Of a stretch of 64,000 nucleotides of DNA, positions 41,803 to 52,118 are shown in pieces. Below the pieces are notes generated by a model that worked only from the letters and a program-made list of their open reading frames with translations, did no database searches and had not been told where the DNA came from. The position numbers and the translations under genes are program-made. Source of the stretch: Octopus sinensis (taxonomy: Eukaryota); contig NC_043006.1 in NCBI RefSeq assembly GCF_006345805.1, positions 83,576,001-83,640,000 on the forward strand. Reading direction: 5' to 3'. The stretch's first letter is position 1. Each line of letters opens with the position of its first letter.

Positions 41803-42045
41803 TAGGCAGTGAGTTGGCAGAATTGTTAGCATATCAGACAAAATGCTTTGCAGCATTTCTTCTGGTGCTTTATATTATGAGTTCAAATTCCACCAAGGGC
41901 AACTTTGCCTTTTATCCTTTTAGGGTCAATAAAATAAAGTACCAGCTGAGCACTGGGGTCGGTGTAATCAACTTACCCCTGCTGCTAAAAAAATGCTGAC
42001 CTTGTGCCAAAACTTGAAACAAATTATCATTATTATTATTATTAT
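41597..42045 (+). mobile_element. Two SINE family A copies with (ATT)n tracts
   Basis: Same core motifs as the other family A copies. Confidence 0.75.
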
Positions 42046-43023
42046 TGGAGCTGCATTAAAGAATAGTTCAGAAAAAGGTTACATTACAAATCAAAAACAG
42101 AGAAGATATCTTAAACAATAACCCAATATTTCTAGAAGCCCCACCCCAACCACCACCACCAATTCTTCCTCCTCTCTTCAGTGAACCAAACTAATGGGTA
42201 ACATTAAACTGGCACTAAAAATAATTTGTAATCTGTGGCAATAACCTAAACACTACAAACCTCTGTTCAGTTTCCCTATTTTGGTTGTTGTTTCTGTTTG
42301 TTTGGCTGTTAATATTTAAAAAAAAAAAATCTTTTTTTTTTTAAATTGCATCTTATTTAATTTAAATTTCTGCTGTATTTTTTTACCCTTTTGTTACTTT
42401 TTTATATGATGTTTTGTTTTTTTATTCTTTAAATCTTGTGTGTTTATGTTGCCTCTGCTTGTTATTGACTATGAAACAAAAAGAGCAACCCTATTTTTTT
42501 TTTCATTGTTGTTGTTTTCACACCCCCTAAACCCCTTCACAAAAATTAAAATAAAACTTTTTGTAAAGTAATGAATAAATAAATAAAACCCTATTCTAAT
42601 TGTGTCTGTCTGTTGTTAAAAAAAAGAAAAACAAAGAAAAAATTATCAGACCCTTACAAAAGAGAGGACTAAGTCCAAGATATTTGGCACATTACGGTAC
42701 ACAAGAATACCCCTCTGCCACAGCAGAATTGAGACCGGTGCTGGTGCCACATAAAGCACCCAGTACACTCTGTGGAGTAGTTGGTTTTAGGAAAGGCATC
42801 CAGCTATAGAAACCATGCCAGAACTGACAATGGAGCCTAGTGTGGCCCCTGGCCTTACCAGCACCGGTCAAACTGTCCAACCCATGCCAGCATGGAAGAC
42901 AGATATTAAATGATGATGATGATGATGATAATGATGATTTAACTTCTATAATAATAAACACGAAATTCTGTCTGTCCATCCGGGACCCTTGTATATCGGT
43001 CTACATTTGTTCTACATAGGCAT

Positions 43024-43263
43024 ATTATACCTATTTCTTTACTACCCACAAGGGGCTAAACACAGAGAGGACAAACAAGGACAGACACACGGATTAAGTC
43101 GATTACATCGACCCCAGAGAGTAACTGGTACTTATTTAATCAACCCTGAAAGGATAAAAGGCAAAGTCAACCTTGGCGGAATTTGAACACAGAACACAGC
43201 GGCAGACGAAATACTGCCAGGCATTTCACCCAACGTGCTAACGTTTCTGCCAGCTCGCCGCCT
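43024..43263 (-). mobile_element. SINE family A inserted just after a Helitron-like 5' end (TCTATAATAATAAA...CTGTCTGTC at 42,945)
   Basis: Reverse complement of 28,442-28,677. Confidence 0.8.
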
Positions 43264-44119
43264 TAGACATGTTATACCATTTTGGAATAGACATATTACA
43301 CCGTTTTGGAATAAGGATCTCTCCAGGATTGAAAAACCTGCCCTTCATTTGGTTCATCAACATCCAGCATTGGAATCAGGTTTGGATGAAGATTTGTTAT
43401 ATGTTAACAGTTGAAAATTCAAATTTTAAAAGAAATCCAAAAATTTGTGACCATACAAGTTTTTCATTTAAACTGAATTTAAAGTTATACCATATTGGTT
43501 GGGTACCAATAAATATTTTATATATTATGGCTCTCTTTAGTTTTGGGGTGCAGGCCCAATTAGTGCTCCACACGAGCTGGCTTAAAAGTCCACATGGAGT
43601 ACAGCTTTTAAGCTGGTCAGATATAAGAGGGTTCTCTGGTACGGTAGCCTACAAACATAGTTTTTTTGCGATCTTTTCTCTTTTAATTGTTTTGATCATT
43701 GGACTTCAGCCATCCGGACACCTTACCTTGAAGGACTTCAGTCAAATAAATCAATGTCAGTACTTATATGTATTTTCAGGCTATTACTTATTTTATTGGT
43801 CTGTTTTACTAAACCACTTACATTGTAAGAATATGAACAAACCATCACCAGTTGTCAAGTAGGGGAAGGGTAAGGTGACAAACACAAAGACATATGTCTA
43901 TACATATATATATATATATATATAACCCATGCTAGCATGGAAAGCAGACACTAAACGATGATGATGTATGTATGTATGTAATGTATGTATACAGCAATAA
44001 GGAAATGGAGAGAATCAAGAGGTGGTATTCATCAACTTTTAGACATTATATTATGTATGTATATATATATGTGTGTATATGTATGTATGTATATATATAT
44101 GTATATATATGTATGTATG

Positions 44120-44153
<34 letters not shown>

Positions 44154-44159
44154 TCCATG

Positions 44160-44194
<35 letters not shown>

Positions 44195-44329
44195 TTACAT
44201 ACATACATACAGATACATATATATATGTATGTATTTATGTAGTAGGTACGTACATATATGTTTATATATATGCATATGTTCTATTTTATTAACATATATA
44301 TATACATACATACATATATATATATATCA

Positions 44330-44630
44330 CGTGATCACGTGACTGACCAGTCCATCAGATGTAGTTACACATTGCTGGTCACAATGCATTCGCATTGTTT
44401 TAGCCTTCGAATGACGCCACCCCGGTGGCTAAGCGAGCAGGCCAACAGAAGAAAGAGTGGGAGAAAGAGTGGTGAAAGAGTACAGCAGGGATCACCACCC
44501 CCTGCCGGTGCCTCGTGGAGCTTTTAGGTGTTTTCGCTCAATAAACACTCACAACACCCGGTCTGGGAATCGAAACCGCGATCCTACGACTGCGAGTCCA
44601 CTGCCTAACCACTGGGCCATTGCGCCTCCA
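44330..44630 (-). mobile_element. tRNA-derived SINE (family C)
   Basis: Minus head GGAGGCGCAATGGCCCAGTGGTTAGG...GGTTTCGATTCCC with A/B-box-like motifs. Confidence 0.8.
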
Positions 44631-44631
44631 C

Positions 44632-44680
<49 letters not shown>

Positions 44681-44684
<4 letters not shown>

Positions 44685-45523
44685 AGAATGAATGTTTTTA
44701 TATATAATGAACGTGAAATACAGGAAGGGACGAACACGGAACACAGACAAATCATTCGAAGCCTTCAATCTTCAGTCAGACACCGAATCATCATAGCAAA
44801 TTTCGGCTGTTCAATTCTGATATTTGCTCCAACTCGGCCAGCCCCAAGAAAAAAAACTAAGCTGTAAGCATTAGATTTCTTGGTAGAAGACAGGAATGTG
44901 AACGCACAAGACGGATGTGAATACAAGAGACGAAAACGAAATTGAAAACAGTAATGAAAAAACAAAACATATATAACGGTGGTTGTCATACGACTTTAGA
45001 CCAAATGAGACAAAACAACAACAACATAGCAGCTGGCGTAGAAATAATTACCGTTTCGGTAGCGGGGACACATGTTGGTCGAGATACGAAGGCCAACAGA
45101 ATGGTTGAAGAAGCAGCAGGTCACAGGAGAGAGAGAAAGAGAGACAGAGAGAGAGGGAATCAAAGAGGGTGGAAGGCAGGGAACAGAATCAGTGACCAAG
45201 AGAGGAGAAAGAAGGGATTAAGGAGGATGGGAGGAAGAGAGGGGAAGAATCGGAGGGCGCCAAAAAGTTTGGTGAAGAAGCAATGGCGGGTAGTAAAAGA
45301 CAGTGTGTATAGAAGTCGTGCAGGGTTTAAAATTGGACAAACAAACGGGGGGGTGCACGTAACGCTGCAATAATATAAGAATGAATGTTTTTATATATAA
45401 TGAACGTGAAATACAGGAAGGGACGAACACGGAACACAGACAAATCATTCGAAGCCTTCAATCTTCAGTCAGACACCGAATCATCATAGCAAATTTCGGC
45501 TGTTCAATTCTGATATTTGCTCC
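44681..45523. mobile_element. Element bounded by 150-bp direct repeats (693-bp unit, 1.2 copies) between microsatellites
   Basis: 44,681-44,830 matches 45,374-45,523; flanked by (TA)n and (GT)n; family unresolved. Confidence 0.7.
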
Positions 45524-45841
45524 GTGTGTGTGTGTGTGTGTATGTCTATATGATTTCAAATTAATAATAAAAGGGTAAAATTAATCAATCAATCAATCAA
45601 TCAATAATTTTACCAAGTAGAGTGGTATGTTAAAATAACCTTTATAGGTAAAATTATACAAATATTCTATGATTATAAACATAATTATGATTAGGGGTCA
45701 GCTAATTGCTTCAGCACATACCGAATTTAGAAAAGGGAGTTTAAAATTCCGTTTCTACTACTGTAAGAATCTCCATGACAGTAACACACTTTTTTCTGTA
45801 GGCAAAGAGTAAAACAATGAATCAAACAATGAATCCGATGA

Positions 45842-45898
45842 GCCACAGATGCATTTCGAGATTAAAGTGTTTTAAATTACTTCTCTCTTCAGTCTGGC
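45842..45898 (-). ncRNA. Minimal type I hammerhead ribozyme motif (Penelope-type)
   Basis: Minus strand: GCCAGA-CUGAAGA-GAGA...UCUC-GAAA-UGCA-UC^UGUGGC. Canonical core, palindromic stem III (AUGCAU), stem I 5 of 6 pairs. Confidence 0.75.
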
Positions 45899-46035
45899 AT
45901 TTCCAATTATATAATTTGAAAGTGTTAGGGTTAAACATGCACACGATTGAGCAACATCATGTAACAGATATCCAACCAACACTCCCAAAATTTACACGGC
46001 CAAATATGAATACACAAGTCATCCCCTGTACCCAC

Positions 46036-46088
<53 letters not shown>

Positions 46089-46189
46089 CATATATATACA
46101 CACACACACATATATATATACATATGTGTATATATATATGTATATATATAGATATATTCAAAATAAACAACAAGGATATCCAAGGTAGA

Positions 46190-46275
46190 GTAGTACAATT
46201 GTTTCATGCTACTTCATTTTATTAAACACTGTAAGTATTAAATCAGTTTTAAAATGTCGAGCAATCTTCAGCCAC
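46190..46275 (-). ncRNA. Type I hammerhead ribozyme motif with long stem II (Penelope-type variant)
   Basis: Minus strand: GUGG-CUGAAGA-U-UGCU..CAUUUUA...UAAAAUG..AGCA-U-GAAA-CAAUUG-UA^CUAC; palindromic stem III ACAAUUGU. Confidence 0.7.
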
Positions 46276-46319
46276 ATATAGAATGTTCCAATTAAACGGA
46301 CAATGCACATATATATATA

Positions 46320-46356
<37 letters not shown>

Positions 46357-46414
46357 ATATGTATGTATATATATATGTATGTATATATATATATGTATAT
46401 ATATATATATGTAT

Positions 46415-47364
46415 ATTTTAGTTCCCGCTCAGAGCTGTAGCCATGATGGGGCACACCATTTTGCTATACTGTTATTATTGAGAGCCTCCTCTAATATTTG
46501 GTGAATAAGGGAGTTTGATGTTGCTACCATCATTTGCTCCTCTTGCTGCAAGGTAGGTTCATCTGGGTCCCTCAACAAGAAGAGCTCCAGTTTTGATTTG
46601 AAAACACCTACATCCACTTTGTGTAGGTCCTCAGGCTCTTTGGAAGAATATTAAAAAGCTGTAGGCCTCTGAAATGCAGGCTGTTGCAGCAACTGGTCCT
46701 GAAGAATGATGGCATTGCTGGGATCTTTGGCACGGTGCAGTGTGAACACATTCTGGCACTGGTGTAGCTTTCAATGCCAAAATTTGGCACAATTCCTTCC
46801 AGATGCATATTACTGCGCATACCTTTCCTGCCTTTGCTTTGTGTGTGTGTGTGTGTGTGTGGTGTGTGTGTGTGTGTGTGTGTATGTATATGTATGTATA
46901 TATATATATGTATATATATATGTATATATATATATATGTATATTTTAGTTCCCGCTCAGAGCTGTAGCCATGATGGGGCACACCATTTTGCTATACTGTT
47001 ATTATTGAGAGCCTCCTCTAATATTTGGTGAATAAGGGAGTTTGATGTTGCTACCATCATTTGCTCCTCTTGCTGCAAGGTAGGTTCATCTGGGTCCCTC
47101 AACAAGAAGAGCTCCAGTTTTGATTTGAAAACACCTACATCCACTTTGTGTAGGTCCTCAGGCTCTTTGGAAGAATATTAAAAAGCTGTAGGCCTCTGAA
47201 ATGCAGGCTGTTGCAGCAACTGGTCCTGAAGAATGATGGCATTGCTGGGATCTTTGGCACGGTGCAGTGTGAACACATTCTGGCACTGGTGTAGCTTTCA
47301 ATGCCAAAATTTGGCACAATTCCTTCCAGATGCATATTACTGCGCATACCTTTCCTGCCTTTGC

Positions 47365-47366
<2 letters not shown>
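46415..47366 (-). mobile_element. Tandem duplicate (527-bp period) of a degraded CR1-like LINE 3' fragment
   Basis: Identical ORFs at 46,429-46,617 and 46,956-47,144 (FKSKLELFLLRDPDEP...SNSLIHQ; GLQLFNILPKSLR). Confidence 0.75.
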
Positions 47367-47409
<43 letters not shown>

Positions 47410-48145
47410 CAACCAATGATGGTGTGTTTAGGTCCCCGTAACTTAGCAGTTTGGCAAAATGGACCAATAGAATAAGTACTAGGCTTACAAAGAATAAGTC
47501 CTGGGGTCGATTTGTTCGACTAAAAGGCAGTGCTCCAGCATGGCCGCAATCAAATGACTGAAACAAATAAAAGAATATACATACATACATACATACATAC
47601 AAACAAAAATACCCTGTTGTTGATGTTGAAATGCCAATGAAGGAGCCTTGGATCTAGGTTAGAAACCGGTTCTTTCTCTATTGGCAAGAAATCTTGAAAT
47701 AAATTGAATAATGGCATACATACATACATACATACATACATACATACATACATACACACACACATACACATCGTATTTATATATCATATTTATTCGTATG
47801 AAATGCGAAAAATTATTACGAAACATCAGGATGAAATTGAGAGGAGAAAGTTATATAAAATTTATATTTTCAAAAAGTGAAAATCGTATAATAATCGAGT
47901 CGACTGGCAGAATCGCTGGAGCATCGAAGAAAAAATTGCCTTGCGCAGTTTAGTTATGCAATTCTACGTTTCAGAGTTCAAATCTCATCAATATAAATAA
48001 TATAAAGTACAAGGCAAGTGCCGACGTCGATGGTATTGACTGAACCCCTGTTCTCCAAACTTTTGGCCATGTACCTCAATTAGAAACTATTATATTCGAG
48101 ACCACACTGGAATCATAAAATATATTCTTTTAAAAATAAGTAATG

Positions 48146-48760
48146 CTAGCAGTATTGCCCGGCGTTGCTCGGGTTTTTTTCGACCCTTTAGAATTGGAAT
48201 TTTTGAAAAGTAAAAATTTTGCATTATGTAGCTTGTTATACTCTTTAAGTGAACATTTTTCTGGTTGAAATACACCGAAAAATGGCGACACAGCAGTCAA
48301 AAAATCGTAAAAAATAGGGATTTTCATAGAAAAAAAGCACCTTTTTGATGTAAATCATTTTTGGTGTTAACATGGTCCGATTTGAATTTGAAGCCTTCTT
48401 CTATCATACTTTCAATTTTGGTCAACTTGCGCCGCAGGGTCTCGGAGGAGATAGTATTAGTTGAAGGCTACCAAACCTGCCACACACAGACAACTTCAAC
48501 TTTATATATAAAGGCGGCGAGCTGGCAGAAACGTTAGCGTGCCGGGCGAAATGCTTAGCGGTATTTCGTCTGGCGCAACGTTGTGAGTTCAAATTCCGCT
48601 GAGGTCGACTTTGCCTTTCATCCTTTCGGGGTCGATAAATTAAGTACCAGTTGCGCACTGGGGTCGATGTAGTTGACTTAATCCCTTTGTCTTTCTTTGT
48701 TTGTCCCCTCTATGTTTAGCCCCTTGTGGGCAATAAAGAAATATATATATATAGGGAGAG
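48146..48760 (-). mobile_element. Helitron-like element with SINE A (48,511-48,741, +) nested near its 5' end
   Basis: CTAG at 48,146 followed by the hairpin CCCGGCGTTGCTCGGG; ACACAGACA...TTTATATATA near the other end, as in 9,615-10,032. Confidence 0.65.
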
Positions 48761-49269
48761 ATTTCCTGCAAGTTAATAGAAGTTGTCCCCCTTTACTTGC
48801 ACTTTTATATGAATAATATGAAGCTAGCGAAAGGTAATTCGGTCCTCGCTTTCTCATTCAGTCGAAGCACACCGATAAATGCGCGAAACATTTCTGACCT
48901 TCAGATATCTGATGATGGCGACGGAAGGGCTTCCGACGTTATGACGCCAGAAGAAGAGCTACTTTTCAATTACATTTAGTCAATAAAAATAGGGAAAAAA
49001 GGCTCAAAGGCTGAGTTTCGTCTGCGACATTTAAGAGATCAATAAGTGGGCTTATCAAAGAGTACAAAAGAGAAACTCTAAATCTTCTGAACTTTCCTCT
49101 TGATTAATTTTAAAAAAAAGCATAATATACTCCTGTATTAAAAAAAAGCATAATATACTCCTGTATTATGAGCGGAATATATGTCCCACATAAGTCGGAA
49201 TTTCTCCGTTTTGCGGGGAATTATTTTTCCAGACCTTTTTCATATTTCAAAACAATACTCTTTACTCTT

Positions 49270-49500
49270 TTTACTCTTTTACTTGTTTCAGTCATTTGAC
49301 TGTGGCCATGCTGGAGCACCGCCTTTAGTCAGGCAAATCGACTCCAGGACTTATTCTTTGTAAGCTTAGTACTTATTCTATCGGTCTCTTTTTGCCGAAC
49401 CGCCAAGTTACGGGGACGTAAACACCCCGCATCGGTTGTCAACCGATGTTGGGGGAACAAACACAGACACACAAACATATACACACACATACATATATAT
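49270..49500 (-). mobile_element. SINE family B, left half (right half at 60,286-60,370)
   Basis: Colinear with 33,105-33,320 up to the internal (CA)/(TA) tract, then interrupted. Confidence 0.85.
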
Positions 49501-49506
49501 ATATGT

Positions 49507-50843
49507 ACTCGGTAAGTAGAAAAGGCCTCTTCATCCTGCTCCAAAAAGTCGGATGTCCACCAAAGCTGCTGAGGATCATCAAGTCTTTCCATGATGACAT
49601 GCAAGGCACCATACAGCACAATGGTTCAACATCAGCCGCCTCCCAAATAAAAAACGGGGTAAAGCAAGGTTGTGTCCTCGCTCCTACATTATTTGGCATT
49701 TTCTTCTCGCTCTTGCTCTCACATGCCTTTCAGACATCAGATGATGGAGCGTTTCTGCACAGTAGAAGTGACGGGAAACTGTTCAATCTCTCGCGCCTGC
49801 GTGCCAAGACCAAAATCAGAAACGTCCTGATCAAGGAGATGCTATTTGCTGATGATGCCGCTCTGGTATCACACACAGAAGAATCCCTCCATAGGCTCAT
49901 TAACTGTTTTGAGCAAGCATGTAACGACTTTGGCTTAGCTATCAGACTTAAGACCAACATCATGGGTCAGGCTACATCGGACATCTCAAACATACATATT
50001 GGAGACCACAGATTACAGGAGGTGGAGAAGTTTACCTATCTTGGCTCTACCGTCACCTACAACCTATCCCTTGACGCTGAGCTCAATATACGCATTGGCA
50101 AGGCAGCTGTTGCGATGGCCCAACTCTCCAAACGGGCAATGGACAACAATAAGCTGACCAAGACCACGAAAATGAAGTTTTACCAGGCATGTGTACTTAG
50201 CACTCTACTGTATGGAAGTGAGACTTGGACGCTATACACACGCCAAGAGCGTCGCCTAAACATCTTTCACCTAGCTGCCTCCGGAAAATCCTCCGCATCT
50301 AATGGCAGAATCATATCCCCAACAAAGATGTCCTCAAACAAGCAGGAATACCAAGCATGTTTGCACTCTTCACACAAAGACGTATGAGATGGGCATGTTA
50401 GCCGTATGAAAGATGGCAGAATACCCAAGGATATACTCTACGGAGAGCTTGCTAGGGGTACTAGGTCTGTGGGTAGACCGTTCTTACGTTACAAGGATGT
50501 TTGCAAAAGGGACATGAAGGCCTGCAACATCAATATTAGCTGCTGGGAAGCAATTGCCAGCAACCGTGGAGATTGGCGACGTACCGTAAAAGAGGGAATA
50601 CAAAGGAGTGACAGAGAGATAGAGGAGAAATGGAAAGACAAGAGAAGACGTCAACAAGAAACTATGACACTACAACCAGCCAGGAACAGTTTTCGCTACA
50701 TTTGCGGTACCTGCCAGAGGGAGTGTTTGTCCAGGATAGGACTACACAGCCACAGCAGGAAAGGTATCAGGACATGAAATGTAAAAGCCGGACTGGACTA
50801 TATTGATGCGCAACTCCATTGTCTCCCGAGACAAAAAGGATGC

Positions 50844-50847
<4 letters not shown>
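49507..50847 (+). mobile_element. 5'-truncated RTE-clade LINE (reverse transcriptase pseudogene)
   Basis: RT motifs GVKQGCVLAPTLF, MLFADDAAL, FTYLGS, LLYGSETW, IPKDILYGEL, C-terminal CxxC...IGLHSH; frameshifted near 50,270-50,400; 3' end ccattgtctcccgagac..ggatgccaac followed by (TA)n. Confidence 0.93.
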
Positions 50848-50896
<49 letters not shown>

Positions 50897-51034
50897 ATAC
50901 ATCATATAATTAAGGGCTAAACAGGGTTATTCTAAAGCCAAATACACTGTTTTATCCACTTATAATCCGCTTGTTACAGGAAAATTGAAACTGAAAACGG
51001 GCAACTAACCTTTAGAAAATTTAAATTTCGTTAT

Positions 51035-51098
51035 CTCTATATTGAATCAATTTCGGACTTAATCTTATAAAAAAAGATATATTCCTTCTTCAGTAGAA
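51035..51098 (-). ncRNA. Hammerhead copy in the inverted segment of the array
   Basis: Reverse complement of 52,055-52,118 (TCTTCAG at 51,087-51,093). Confidence 0.78.
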
Positions 51099-52054
51099 CT
51101 TTCGATGGGATATAAATAAAATACTCACGTATGATCATGGAAAAAGCACAAGCTAAAAACATAACTACACTTGAGTACATCACTTATATCTAAAAATAAA
51201 AATTCTTTGGTCAGCCTCAGAAAACAACGTCCAGACCTTTCGCCGCTACAAATTGTAATGGTTACCAGTCCTCCTGTAGCAAGCATCGAGTTTACTACTA
51301 AGCAATATAGGATGAAGTCCCTTACTCTACAGCAAAGGAATTCATCAGGAAGCGTGGGCAGTATATTTAAAAAAAACCGTTACGGTTGCAATATACATCA
51401 TATAATTAAGGGCTAAAGAGGGTTATTCTAAAGCCAAATACACTGTTTTATCCACTTATAATCCGCTTGTTACAGGAAAATTAAAACTGAAAACGGGCAA
51501 CTAACCTTTAGAAAATTTAAATTTCGTTATCTCTATATTGAATCAATTTCGGACTTAATCTTATAAAAAAAAGGAATATATCTTTTTTTATAAGATTAAG
51601 TCCGAAATTGATTCAATATAGAGATAACGAAATTTAAATTTTCTAAAGGTTAGTTGCCCGTTTTCAGTTTCAATTTTCCTGTAACAAGCGGATTATAAGT
51701 GGATAAAACAGTGTATTTGGCTTTAGAATAACCCTCTTTAGCCCTTAATTATATGATGTATATTGCAACCGTAACGGTTTTTTTAAATATACTGCCCACG
51801 CTTCCTGATGAATTCCTTTGCTGTAGAGTAAGGGACTTCATCCTATATTGCTTAGTAGTAAACTCGATGCTTGCTACAGGAGGACTGGTAACCATTACAA
51901 TTTGTAGCGGCGAAAGGTCTGGACGTTGTTTTCTGAGGCTGACCAAAGAATTTTTATTTTTAGATATAAGTGATGTACTCAAGTGTAGTTATGTTTTTAG
52001 CTTGTGCTTTTTCCATGATCATACGTGAGTATTTTATTTATATCCCATCGAAAG

Positions 52055-52118
52055 TTCTACTGAAGAAGGAATATATCTTTTTTTATAAGATTAAGTCCGA
52101 AATTGATTCAATATAGAG
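52055..52118 (+). ncRNA. Type I hammerhead ribozyme, representative copy from the 495-bp unit
   Basis: UUCUA-CUGAAGA-A-GGA[..AUCUU/AAGAU..]UCC-GAAA-UUG-AUU-CAA-UA^UAGAG; stems I, II and III all pair; predicted cut after 52,113 (AUA). Confidence 0.8.

Noticed and set aside
43269-43862. 197-aa ORF
   Set aside because: Runs across repeat fragments, including SINE B remnants; no recognisable domain or splice structure.
44745-44810. Hammerhead on the - strand of the 150-bp direct repeat
   Set aside because: CTGAAGA is followed by GAAT rather than GAAA, and the stems do not close in any topology I tried.
48909-48970. CTGATGA-TGGCG...CGCCA-GAAG hammerhead-like motif
   Set aside because: GAAG instead of GAAA, wrong stem II closing pair, and no clear stems I or III.
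49112-49168. 28-bp tandem duplication aaaaaaaagcataatatactcctgtatt
   Set aside because: Simple slippage-type duplication with no further structure.
51805-51920. Second hammerhead per unit using CTGATGA (51,805) and GCGAAAGGTC
   Set aside because: No stem II closing pair or stem I pairing; the CTGATGA overlaps a separate hairpin.
51749-52028. Overlapping 77-aa (-) and 91-aa (+) ORFs repeated in the array units
   Set aside because: No recognisable domain, frameshifted in several units, and the minus ORF starts at TTG. Their recurrence only reflects the tandem repeat. A faint GIY-YIG-like look (GERSGRCFLRLTKE) is not convincing.
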